Below are positions 1 through 9,717 of a stretch of DNA of 36,379 bases, piece after piece. The translations under genes were made by a program, and so were the position numbers. This DNA is from Ferroacidibacillus organovorans (GTDB lineage Bacteria; Bacillota; Bacilli; Alicyclobacillales; SLC66), in contig NZ_LSUQ01000025.1 in the NCBI RefSeq assembly GCF_001642725.1, positions 1 through 36,379 on the forward strand, in the 5' to 3' direction. The notes under the pieces were generated by a model. It did not search any database. It was not told the DNA's origin and saw only the letters and a list, made by a program, of their open reading frames with translations. How positions within the stretch are numbered: position 1 is the stretch's first letter; the number at the start of each line of letters is the position of its first letter.

Positions 1-562
1 CACTTTTCTGAAGAATCCCTTTGCAAGCAAGAGACGAAAGGGCGAGTGTCGTTTTGGTACGGATTTTTTCATTTATCGATTTTGGACGGGACATGAGGAT
101 TTTAAGGAACATGGACAGGCCCGAAAGCGTACAAGCGTGACAAGCTCCAAAATCCTTATCGATCGCGCGAAGGACAAGCGATCCTCGAACAAGCTGTGGT
201 ATACGAAAGCCTGTTTTCCCTTGAAGGGATTGGGTAGTCAAGCCTGTGTTATTGGGTAGGTAAGGTAGGATGATTCGGTAGGCAGCGTCAACGCGTTTAC
301 ACGTTTGTTTGGATAAACGGTTTTGAGGCCTGATGGGGTAAGTGCTTTTAGGATGACGTAAACTGAGCTTGTCGCCGTGTGGGTGGATGTAAACGGAAAC
401 GGATGATGAAGACGTATCCGTGGACGTTTCGCATCATCGACCAAGGTGATGTCCAATTTGACATTTACGTTTGTGAAGAGGTTTGCGAGAAAAAGGTGAC
501 AAGCTGGAGGGTCTAAGTGATCGGACAAGCGAGTAGGTATAGAGGGAAATTGAAAAAAGGCG

Positions 563-835
563 GTGTCTTTCAAGGTGAAAAAACACCCTGGTTCTCTCAT
601 GGATCAAATTCCTGCATCCGCTCGCGCCCTGGTCGAACAATTTGATGAAACAAAAAGAAAAGGGAGTTCTTTTGAAAAACAGCACGTACGACAAACCTTT
701 TGGGTTCGCCGCGATCTTGCGAAACGGGTGGATGAATTGTGCAAAACGCGAAGTGGGAATGGTTTTTTCCTGATCAACGTGATCAAACGAAACTCTGGAA
801 CTCAGAAAAAACACGTTTTCACACGAAAACATTAA
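563..835 (+). CDS. Putative ribbon-helix-helix (ParG/CopG-like) DNA-binding protein, possibly degenerate at the C-terminus
   Basis: Segment SFEKQHVRQTFWVRRDLAKRVDELCK has the beta-strand plus helix pattern of RHH proteins found on Bacillota plasmids/prophages. Start codon is uncertain (GTG 563 or ATG 599). Confidence 0.4.
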   Translation: MSFKVKKHPGSLMDQIPASARALVEQFDETKRKGSSFEKQHVRQTFWVRRDLAKRVDELCKTRSGNGFFLINVIKRNSGTQKKHVFTRKH

Positions 836-1170
836 AATTGGGAATGGGTTGCGTAAATTCCAGTCTGCTCAGGGGTGCATTGAGTATTTTATTGAACAGT
901 ACCCTTATTGGAGGAAGATCGGGAAGTTTTAGGCCAAATTAAAAATAGGTGAGTCCATGGTAGGAGAAGATAAAATGCTGAGCAACGGAAAGATTTCTCA
1001 GCGCCTTCATTCGATTGAGTTAAACTGCAATCGAGAGATGGTTCGCAATGATCGATTCGTGATCGCTGTATGGTTTTATCGATAGGGTGTCACCCTGCAA
1101 TTTCCTTGACTTCAGGATTGCAGGCATAAAAGAGAAAGGATGTATGGCGTAACAGAATGTGCGTCATGAC

Positions 1171-1203
1171 GAACCTGCCATGCGCGTGGTAGGCTCCTTT
1201 TTG
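1171..1203 (+). terminator. Hairpin with T-tract upstream of the 1237 ORF (terminator or attenuator)
   Basis: ACCTGCCAT-GCGC-GTGGTAGG stem (with G:U pairs) followed by CTCCTTTTT. Confidence 0.45.
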
Positions 1204-1236
1204 TGCTTTGATACGATTTACAAAGGGAGCTGTGTC

Positions 1237-1347
1237 ATGCGATCTTTTAAGAAGGGCTCGGCGACACTGGCTCTTGCGATGTTGACGACATCGATCAGTC
1301 CAACGTTTGCCTCTACGAGACCAGTGCAGATCGAAATAATTAACTGA
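1237..1347 (+). pseudogene. 5' remnant of a secreted protein gene (signal peptide plus ~11 residues)
   Basis: RBS AAGGGAG, then MRSFKKGSATLALAMLTTSISPTFA-STRPVQIEIIN*: basic N-region, hydrophobic core and TFA cleavage motif, ending abruptly where the AT-rich cas locus begins. Confidence 0.55.
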
Positions 1348-1380
1348 AATTTATAATTAATAATAAACGGCGAAGTGTGC

Positions 1381-1409
1381 TTGATTTTTCGAAGAATTAA
1401 TCGTATTAT
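1381..1409 (+). promoter_or_regulatory. Sigma-A promoter for tracrRNA (and possibly the cas operon)
   Basis: TTGATT (1381-1386), 17 bp, TATTAT (1404-1409), just upstream of the anti-repeat. Confidence 0.7.
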
Positions 1410-1416
1410 TCTTTTG

Positions 1417-1519
1417 AGGGATTTATATCACATCGAGAACTGCGAGGTTGCCATAATAAGGCAATATGCCGCAGAGCACTGACCCGTAGCCTTTAATGGT
1501 TGCGGGTCATCTCATTTTA
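1417..1519 (+). ncRNA. tracrRNA: tracrRNA of the type II-C system
   Basis: 1422-1457 matches the array repeat at 29/36 positions. Three of the differences give G:U wobbles only if the crRNA is the minus-strand repeat. Followed by AAGGC-AATAT-GCC nexus-like hairpin and TGACCCGTAGCC-TTTAAT-GGTTGCGGGTCA 3' hairpin. Ends approximate. Confidence 0.92.
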
Positions 1520-1552
1520 TGAAATGAATCTATGCTTTGGGGGGACACAGTC

Positions 1553-4500
1553 ATGAGTTACCGGATTGGACTTGACGTTGGGATTACATCGGTTGGTTGG
1601 GCTGTCCTGGAACTGACAACGAGCAATGAAGGTAAAAGAAAACCATGTAGAATCATTGATCTAGGAGTTAGGATTTTTGAAGCAGCAGAAGATCGTGGGG
1701 AGTCACTGGCATCTCCACGTAGATTAGCGAGAAGTTCTCGACGCCGCTTACGCAGACACAGGCATAGAATAGCTCGAATCAAACAGTTGATGGATAGACG
1801 AGGTATTATGCCAGTCCCGGAAATCGAGAAAATGTATACGACTGCCAACTCAAAACGGCCCGATGTCTATCAACTTCGTGCCGAGGCACTGGATAGGCTA
1901 CTTAATAATGAAGAGTTTGTTCGAGTTCTCATACATATTGCACAAAGGCGTGGATTTAAATCCAACCGTAGCTCGGAGTTACTCGAGGGAGAGACTGGAA
2001 AATTGCTCAAGGCAGTGCGAGACAATCGGGAATTCCTACGCCAGTCTGGATATCGCACGGTGGGAGAGATGTTGTTTCGGGACAGCCGATTTACCCAAAA
2101 ACGCAATAAGCCAGGAGACTATCGCCATACAGTCGGGCGTGACCTGCTGCTGGAGGAGATTCGTTTAGTCTTTGCTGCACAGAAACAATTTTCTAACCCA
2201 CACGCCTCTCAAAACTTTCTTGAGGAATACCTGTCTATATTCGCTTCCCAGCGCAACTTCGATAGCGGTCCTGGAGGAAACAGCAGGTATGCTAACTTAA
2301 TCGAGGGTATGATAGGAACATGTACTTTTGAGAGAAGCCAGAAACGCGCGCCTAAAGCCTCCTATGCCTTTGAGCGTTTTAATCTTCTAACTAAGCTCCA
2401 GAATATGAGAATTTCCCACAGGAATGAGGATGGGACTCGCAAATCTGAAAACCTGTCTGACGATCAAAAGAGACTAATCATCGATTTGGCACACCAAAAG
2501 CAAGTCCTAACTTATACGGATATTCGTAAATTATTAAAATTGGATGAAAATTCCTCTTTCACTCCCTTGACTTATGGAAATGCAAGGGCTCGAAAGGAAG
2601 TGGAGAAAAGCAAATTCGTTTCGATGCCGTTTTATCATCAAGTAAAAGCATCTTGGCAAAAAAATGGGCTCGACATGGCTACTCTAACTCCAGAACGACT
2701 AGATGAATTCGGCTGGATTTTGTCAGTATGGAAAAGTGACGAAAACCGAAGAACTAAACTTGCCGCCTTGGATCTCTCATCAGAGGAAATAGAAAGCTTA
2801 CTTCCCATTGGAACTGGTAAATTTGGCCACCTATCCTTTATTGCACTTCGCAAGTTAACACCCCTGCTCGAACAGGGGTTGGACTATGATAAAGCTTGCT
2901 CATCTATTGGCTATGGCCAAAGTGAATTTCTTGGCATTGAAAAGACAAATCGCCTCCCCCCGGTTAGTCATGAACAGATTACCAATCCGGTGGTTCTGCG
3001 TGCACTTTCGCAATCGGTGAAGGTAATAAACTCGATCATCCGCGAACACGGAATACCCGAATCTGTCCACATAGAACTTGCTCGTGAGATGTCTAAGACA
3101 TTTGACGAAAGAAACCAACTGACAAAATTACGGAATGAAAACGAACGTACTAACAATAAGGTAAAACTTGAGATTGCTAATATGCTTGGTGTTTCCAAGG
3201 TGTCTCCTATTGATATTGTTAAGTTCAAGCTCTACTTACAACAGCAAGAGCGTTGTTTATACAGCGGAGAATCGTTTGACCGCTCACGATTATTTGAGCC
3301 AGGCTATGCAGAAGTGGACCACATTATCCCTTACAGTATCTCATTTGATGATAGTTACAATAACAAGGTTTTGGTTAAGACTGGCGAAAACAGGCAAAAA
3401 GGTAATAGAACCCCAGTTGAGTATCTCGGTGTGGATCCGGCTCGCTTAGCCCGTTACATCGCTCTAGTAGACAGCCTGCACTTGCCGAGACCAAAGAAAA
3501 ATAATTTACTGCGTGATCTATCAAAGGACATCGTAGAAAGAGAAACATTTAAAGAGAGAAACCTTCAGGACACCCGTTATATTACAGTGGAATTGGCTTC
3601 TCATATCGAGCGTTATCTCTTATTCGACATGGCTAATTCCACTCAGATAAAGCGAGTGGTATCCGTAAACGGTCCTGTCACGGCATTCTTTCGTAAACGA
3701 TGGGGTCTCAGAAAAGACCGTGAACTAGGAGACCTACACCATGCTCAGGATGCCGTAATTGTGGCGTGTGTTGGTGACGATCTCATACAACGTGTGTCCA
3801 AGTACGATAAATTCAAGCGGAGTTACTTAGCTAACCCCAAAGTATTTACAAAGTCATTCGACAAGCAGACGAACACGGTAAGATATGTGGACAATCAGAC
3901 TGGAGAGCTGTTTACTTGGGATAGCTTTGATGATACACACCTTGCCCTAAAGGATAATCTGTTCCCACAGGCATGGCCTCGATTTCGCGATGAACTACTT
4001 GCACGACTGTCTCCTGACCCGACTTACGCTGTCCACATGGCCAATATTTCCAACATATCGAAAGACTTAATGCCCGTTTTCGTTTCCAGGATGCCTAATC
4101 GAAAATGTACTGGACCCGCCCATAAAGAAACAGTGAAGAGTCCAAGACAACTTAGTGACGGAGTAGTCATTTCTAAAGTGAGCCTATCGGAGTTAAGACT
4201 CGATGGCGAGGGCGAAATCGAAGGATATTACAATCCTCAAGACGACACTGTGTTATACGCTAAACTTCGTCGTCTTCTACAAGAGGCAAACGGCAACGCC
4301 GAAAAGGCATTTGCCTCACCTGTATACAAGGTATCAAAAGATGGAAAAACGTCTACACTGGTTAATAAAGTAAAATTATCAGAGAAGGCCAGCTATGGTG
4401 TAATGGTCCACCAAGCACGCGGGGTGGCAACTAAACCCTCAATGGTACGTGTTGATGTATTTATAAAAGAAGGGCGTTTTTACTTAGTCCCGGTTTATGT

Positions 4501-4885
4501 TCCAGACATTGTACGCGGACTTCTTCCGACGAGAGCTATTACGCCCGGGAAGATCTATGAAGAATGGAGAGTGATTGATAGTTCTTTCAGGTTTCAATTT
4601 AGTCTTTATCATAACGACGTGATCAAGGTAAAACCCAAAGGAAGAACCGTCATTAAGTTTAAAGATGGCACAGAACGATTGCTTGGAGAAGAAATTGTCT
4701 ATTACAAATCAACAAACATAGCCAACGGAAGCATTTTTGTAAAAACGCACGATGACGCTGGGGAAGTCAAGAGTTTAGGTGCCAAAACGCTGACTATTTT
4801 TGAAAAATACAACGTCGATTACTTGGGTAGGTTGACGAAAGTTCATGACGAGTCAAGACTGGAGTTTAAGTTAAAAGGGAGATGA
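1553..4885 (+). CDS. cas9: Type II-C CRISPR-associated endonuclease Cas9 (1110 aa from ATG 1553)
   Basis: RuvC-I GLDVGITSVGW, Arg-rich bridge helix RRLARSSRRRLRRHRHR, RuvC-II HIELARE, HNH EVDHIIPYS...DDSYNNKVLV, RuvC-III HHAQDA; G-rich RBS at 1539-1544. Confidence 0.98.
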   Translation: MSYRIGLDVGITSVGWAVLELTTSNEGKRKPCRIIDLGVRIFEAAEDRGESLASPRRLARSSRRRLRRHRHRIARIKQLMDRRGIMPVPEIEKMYTTANSKRPDVYQLRAEALDRLLNNEEFVRVLIHIAQRRGFKSNRSSELLEGETGKLLKAVRDNREFLRQSGYRTVGEMLFRDSRFTQKRNKPGDYRHTVGRDLLLEEIRLVFAAQKQFSNPHASQNFLEEYLSIFASQRNFDSGPGGNSRYANLIEGMIGTCTFERSQKRAPKASYAFERFNLLTKLQNMRISHRNEDGTRKSENLSDDQKRLIIDLAHQKQVLTYTDIRKLLKLDENSSFTPLTYGNARARKEVEKSKFVSMPFYHQVKASWQKNGLDMATLTPERLDEFGWILSVWKSDENRRTKLAALDLSSEEIESLLPIGTGKFGHLSFIALRKLTPLLEQGLDYDKACSSIGYGQSEFLGIEKTNRLPPVSHEQITNPVVLRALSQSVKVINSIIREHGIPESVHIELAREMSKTFDERNQLTKLRNENERTNNKVKLEIANMLGVSKVSPIDIVKFKLYLQQQERCLYSGESFDRSRLFEPGYAEVDHIIPYSISFDDSYNNKVLVKTGENRQKGNRTPVEYLGVDPARLARYIALVDSLHLPRPKKNNLLRDLSKDIVERETFKERNLQDTRYITVELASHIERYLLFDMANSTQIKRVVSVNGPVTAFFRKRWGLRKDRELGDLHHAQDAVIVACVGDDLIQRVSKYDKFKRSYLANPKVFTKSFDKQTNTVRYVDNQTGELFTWDSFDDTHLALKDNLFPQAWPRFRDELLARLSPDPTYAVHMANISNISKDLMPVFVSRMPNRKCTGPAHKETVKSPRQLSDGVVISKVSLSELRLDGEGEIEGYYNPQDDTVLYAKLRRLLQEANGNAEKAFASPVYKVSKDGKTSTLVNKVKLSEKASYGVMVHQARGVATKPSMVRVDVFIKEGRFYLVPVYVPDIVRGLLPTRAITPGKIYEEWRVIDSSFRFQFSLYHNDVIKVKPKGRTVIKFKDGTERLLGEEIVYYKSTNIANGSIFVKTHDDAGEVKSLGAKTLTIFEKYNVDYLGRLTKVHDESRLEFKLKGR

Positions 4886-4891
4886 CGGACC

Positions 4892-5815
4892 TTGTCGCAT
4901 CGGCATGTTTTGATTAGTAATCCGGCTAAACTATCGAGTCGAAATGAACAGTTAGTTATTCGACCCATTGTAACTGACGCTAGTGGAGATACGTACACCA
5001 TTCCACTTGAGGACATACGATCGGTAATGCTGGAGGACAGGGCGACTATTGTCACGTCTGCCCTGTTATCTAAACTTGCGGAGTTTAACATATCTCTATA
5101 CACTTGCGACGAGAAACATCTGCCTAACGGAGTTATGATTGCCTACAACCAACACTCCCGTGCACTAAAAGTGTTGAAATCACAGTTGCACATGAATCGC
5201 CCATTTGCCAAAAGACTTTGGCAATCTATTGTCAAACGCAAGATTGAGAATCAGGCTGGGTGCTTAGAACAAGCGGGTTGTCAAGGCGGTTCCCGCCTTC
5301 GTACTCTCGCTCGTACTGTTGAGTCCGGGGATCGCTCTAATGTAGAATCCCACGCAGCAAGACTCTACTTTCAATCTTTATTCAGCGAGTCGTTTGTACG
5401 TAGAAACGACGATTTTGCTAACTCCGCAATGAATTATGGGTACGCTATTGTAAGGGGTCAGGTTGCCCGAGCGCTATGCTCTTATGGCTATCTCCCGTCC
5501 ATCGGCCTACATCATCATAGCGAGTTGAATAATTTCAACCTAGCCGATGACTTCATGGAACCGTTTCGTCCTATCGTTGACTTGCTTGTCGCAAGCGAAC
5601 TGACTGGAGACGAGCATGATGATCTCACACCGCGCCATAAGCAATGCCTATATGGCGTGCTGGCTCAAGAAGTACTTGTCAACAATCAAAAGTTTAACGT
5701 TACTGCTGCGATCGATGTAATGGTTTCAAGCTTTACTCATTCAATTTCAACCCTAGACCCAGGAGACCTGCTTCTGCCATCCATCACAGCGATTAGGACG
5801 GAGGTCTATGAGTAA
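4892..5815 (+). CDS. cas1: Type II CRISPR-associated endonuclease Cas1
   Basis: IPLEDI, CDEKHLP, NSAMNYGYAIVRG, GLHHHSELNNFNLADDFMEPFRP motifs; lies between cas9 and cas2. Confidence 0.97.
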   Translation: MSHRHVLISNPAKLSSRNEQLVIRPIVTDASGDTYTIPLEDIRSVMLEDRATIVTSALLSKLAEFNISLYTCDEKHLPNGVMIAYNQHSRALKVLKSQLHMNRPFAKRLWQSIVKRKIENQAGCLEQAGCQGGSRLRTLARTVESGDRSNVESHAARLYFQSLFSESFVRRNDDFANSAMNYGYAIVRGQVARALCSYGYLPSIGLHHHSELNNFNLADDFMEPFRPIVDLLVASELTGDEHDDLTPRHKQCLYGVLAQEVLVNNQKFNVTAAIDVMVSSFTHSISTLDPGDLLLPSITAIRTEVYE

Positions 5816-6128
5816 TTACATGAGACTTCTCGTATTGTTCGATTTACCTGTCGGCACGGGGCTCGAGCGCAAGGCAGCGTCTCGATTCCGTACTTTTCTA
5901 CTCACAGACGGCTACTACATGATTCAATTTTCATGTTACTGTCGAATTTGCGGGAGTTTCGAGATAGCCGATAAGCACGAACGTCGTTTAGAAGCAAACC
6001 TACCAGTAAAGGGGTCGGTCCGAAGTCTAGTTGTGACGGAGAAGCAATTTTCAAGAATGAAAATTCTTGTGGGAGAACACGTCTCCAATGAGGTGAAAAT
6101 TCACAGTGAGCAACTTGTGCTTTTTTGA
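5808..6128 (+). CDS. cas2: CRISPR-associated endoribonuclease Cas2
   Basis: MRLLVLFDLP, FRTFLLTDGYYMIQFSCY, GSVRSLVVTEKQF. No csn2 or cas4 follows, so subtype II-C. Confidence 0.97.
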   Translation: MSNYMRLLVLFDLPVGTGLERKAASRFRTFLLTDGYYMIQFSCYCRICGSFEIADKHERRLEANLPVKGSVRSLVVTEKQFSRMKILVGEHVSNEVKIHSEQLVLF

Positions 6129-6179
6129 AAAACGACTGAGCATAACCTTGTGGATAGTTCCCAAGTTGCTTTTTAACTC

Positions 6180-6223
6180 AAAAAAACTGCCAAAATACCC
6201 TTCAAAAGCGGGATTTTAGCAGA
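6180..6223 (-). terminator. Rho-independent terminator for the minus-strand CRISPR transcript
   Basis: Minus strand reads CTGCTAAAATCCC...GGGTATTTTGGCAG-TTTTTTT directly after the last transcribed repeat. Confidence 0.7.
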
Positions 6224-6226
6224 GGT

Positions 6227-9200
6227 ATTATACCACATCGAGAACTACGAGGGAGCGATAACACACGCCCGTGGCGGTGTTGGACGGTGTTTATTATACC
6301 ACATCGAGAACTACGAGGGAGCGATAACTCTACGAACGGTTGGATGATCTCGAGGTTTATTATACCACATCGAGAACTACGAGGGAGCGATAACTCTCGA
6401 GCTCTTGAAGATAGGATAGTTCTAATTATACCACATCGAGAACTACGAGGGAGCGATAACATTGCAATCAGTAGTGTTGGGAGCATTACGATTATACCAC
6501 ATCGAGAACTACGAGGGAGCGATAACACTATGTTGAGGCTGTTAACCCTGCTTATGATTATACCACATCGAGAACTACGAGGGAGCGATAACAGTGTTGC
6601 TTCTGGCAATTCAAGATCATAAATTATACCACATCGAGAACTACGAGGGAGCGATAACTCCAGAAAACAGCTTGCAAGCATTGCAAAATTATACCACATC
6701 GAGAACTACGAGGGAGCGATAACACGACTACTACGATCCTGAGTCGGAGAAGAATTATACCACATCGAGAACTACGAGGGAGCGATAACCCAGATTGCGT
6801 GATCGCAAGTGACTGGAATATTATACCACATCGAGAACTACGAGGGAGCGATAACCCATTGATTCGGCCTTGTTTTATCGCTTCGATTATACCACATCGA
6901 GAACTACGAGGGAGCGATAACATAGGAGCCGGAACTGTAACAAACTCTTCTATTATACCACATCGAGAACTACGAGGGAGCGATAACCATGGGGTTTCCT
7001 TCTTTCGGGTGGTTTGTATTATACCACATCGAGAACTACGAGGGAGCGATAACTAACGGTTCCAAGACTGTCCACGATCTCCGATTATACCACATCGAGA
7101 ACTACGAGGGAGCGATAACACACTGACCGATATCCACACAGGCGATACATTATACCACATCGAGAACTACGAGGGAGCGATAACTTGAGACTCTCATGAT
7201 CGGTTGGTCAATGAATTATACCACATCGAGAACTACGAGGGAGCGATAACAAGATCTTTTGGGTTGTCATAGGACAAATGATTATACCACATCGAGAACT
7301 ACGAGGGAGCGATAACGTCACGCAAACAATAGGGCTTGCGGATAACATTATACCACATCGAGAACTACGAGGGAGCGATAACGGAACTGCAACAACGGCG
7401 AGTGCTACTGTATTATACCACATCGAGAACTACGAGGGAGCGATAACATAGGAGCCGGAACTGTAACAAACTCTTCTATTATACCACATCGAGAACTACG
7501 AGGGAGCGATAACTGCATCAACCCTTTGACCGTTTGCGCTACGATTATACCACATCGAGAACTACGAGGGAGCGATAACAATAACGTGGTGGCGGCGATT
7601 AACGGCGCGATTATACCACATCGAGAACTACGAGGGAGCGATAACTCGCTAGCACATCCGCACTGCTGTCTGATATTATACCACATCGAGAACTACGAGG
7701 GAGCGATAACAGCGCACGTCGAATTTGTTGCCGCGATGAAATTATACCACATCGAGAACTACGAGGGAGCGATAACCTGCATTTGTCACGCTAGGATACG
7801 CTTTGTATTATACCACATCGAGAACTACGAGGGAGCGATAACCCCCGGCTGCACGCCTTTTGCAACCCCACTATTATACCACATCGAGAACTACGAGGGA
7901 GCGATAACTACACGTTTGCGATACAAAATGCAGAAGGGATTATACCACATCGAGAACTACGAGGGAGCGATAACACCCGGCTGGATCAAGTCAAGTCCCG
8001 GCAGATTATACCACATCGAGAACTACGAGGGAGCGATAACTACAAGTAGAAAGGGGCGTGAAGTATTTGAATTATACCACATCGAGAACTACGAGGGAGC
8101 GATAACCATCTCTGTCGCTTTGTTCGCGCCAGACGCATTATACCACATCGAGAACTACGAGGGAGCGATAACTCTTCTTCGTCGACATCCAACTCTTGGA
8201 GATTATACCACATCGAGAACTACGAGGGAGCGATAACCGTGGAGGCTGTCTAGGATCGCGCGATGGCATTATACCACATCGAGAACTACGAGGGAGCGAT
8301 AACCGCATCGGCGTCAAACCCGCGGACCTTGAAATTATACCACATCGAGAACTACGAGGGAGCGATAACAGTAGGCGATCCGATGTTAAACCCCGTGCCA
8401 TTATACCACATCGAGAACTACGAGGGAGCGATAACTCTATAAAGGCGGTAACTTTTTAGTACAAAATTATACCACATCGAGAACTACGAGGGAGCGATAA
8501 CCTGAGCTCGTGGAACGTTTGCGCGTGCCCATTATACCACATCGAGAACTACGAGGGAGCGATAACCATCAAAGCGATGGGTGTTAATTTTTCGATATTA
8601 TACCACATCGAGAACTACGAGGGAGCGATAACTTGCGGTCACATCAGGAATTTACAAAGGACATTATACCACATCGAGAACTACGAGGGAGCGATAACAC
8701 CAGTCTTGAAGAAGAGATGAAACGAGCAATTATACCACATCGAGAACTACGAGGGAGCGATAACTGCGGTCTCCGTGTATTGTGTACATTGACGATTATA
8801 CCACATCGAGAACTACGAGGGAGCGATAACCGGAGAAGACAAGATAACAAATTGATCGCCATTATACCACATCGAGAACTACGAGGGAGCGATAACATGG
8901 ACAAGCAGAGTCTTTTAAGAGGTCGCATTATACCACATCGAGAACTACGAGGGAGCGATAACCGGGGCTCATCCCTCGATCAGGCAACACAAATTATACC
9001 ACATCGAGAACTACGAGGGAGCGATAACTTCATCACCGCGTCATCGACAACAATCGGCATTATACCACATCGAGAACTACGAGGGAGTGATAACAAGTAA
9101 CTTATTCTCGTCAGGATACAAGTTATTATACCACATCGAGAACTACGAGGGAGCGATAACAGATGAGGCGGGCGACCGAGTGGGTGGAGCATTATACCAC

Positions 9201-9340
9201 ATCGAGAACTACGAGGGAGCGATAACTCTCCGCGTTCGATGTTCGCGACGGACTGCATTATACCACATCGAGAACTACGAGGGAGCGATAACCTGGTTGG
9301 ACAGCAGGAAATTGTCTTTGATATTATACCACATCGAGAA
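6227..9340 (-). CRISPR. Type II-C CRISPR array: 47 full 36-nt repeats, 1 half repeat, 47 spacers (41 x 30 nt, 6 x 29 nt)
   Basis: Repeat on + ATTATACCACATCGAGAACTACGAGGGAGCGATAAC; crRNA sense GTTATCGCTCCCTCGTAGTTCTCGATGTGGTATAAT ends in an extended -10 (TGnTATAAT). One variant repeat (C>T at 9088). Final repeat 9323-9340 is truncated. Confidence 0.99.
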
Positions 9341-9418
9341 TGGAACAGTATCATTTTAGTTGAGTCGACAAACTCGTAATTCTGGACAGAATGATAAAAA
9401 AAGGAAGAAGGAATCCAG

Positions 9419-9706
9419 ATGCGAGTGTACGATAAAGAATTCAAAGAAGAAGCATTAAAATTATCTTATGAAATCGGGCCCACAGCGGCCTCCGAACAAC
9501 TGGGGGTTCCACCCACAACGCTGTACACATGGAGGGGTCAAAGCAAGAAGCATGGATCCTTGGCATTTGTAGGGAGTGGCCACCAGCGCATAGATCCGAA
9601 AACTGCCGAAATGAAAGGGTTGGAGAAAAAGATCAGGGAACTGGAATCCGCCAATGATATCCTGAAAAAGGCGTTAGCTTTTTTCGCAGAGAGCCAAAAG
9701 AGGTAG
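9419..9706 (+). CDS. IS3-family transposase OrfA (HTH)
   Basis: YDKEFKEEALKL...ASEQLGVPPTTLYTW HTH followed by leucine-zipper-like LEKKIRELESANDILKKA. Confidence 0.92.
   Translation: MRVYDKEFKEEALKLSYEIGPTAASEQLGVPPTTLYTWRGQSKKHGSLAFVGSGHQRIDPKTAEMKGLEKKIRELESANDILKKALAFFAESQKR
9679..9685 (+). promoter_or_regulatory. Candidate -1 programmed frameshift site (T TTT TTC) fusing OrfA and OrfB
   Basis: X XXY YYZ heptamer in the orfA frame; the -1 frame is open from here into orfB. AAAAAG at 9665-9670 is an alternative. Confidence 0.55.
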
Positions 9707-9717
9707 CTGCACGAGAC

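Noticed and set aside
1104..1114. CCTTGACTTCA shared with the IS right end (10734-10744), suggesting a composite element around the cas locus
   Set aside because: Only 11 bp, in direct orientation, with no further similarity or terminal CA context; lies in a local hairpin.
6263..9322. Self-targeting spacers within this window
   Set aside because: No extended match seen by eye; a BLASTn-short against the whole genome is needed to exclude it.
6202..9444. Numerous ORFs with repeated LSLPRSSRCGII / IIPHRELRGSDN / LYHIENYEGAIT
   Set aside because: Translations of the CRISPR repeat (66-nt period); not proteins.
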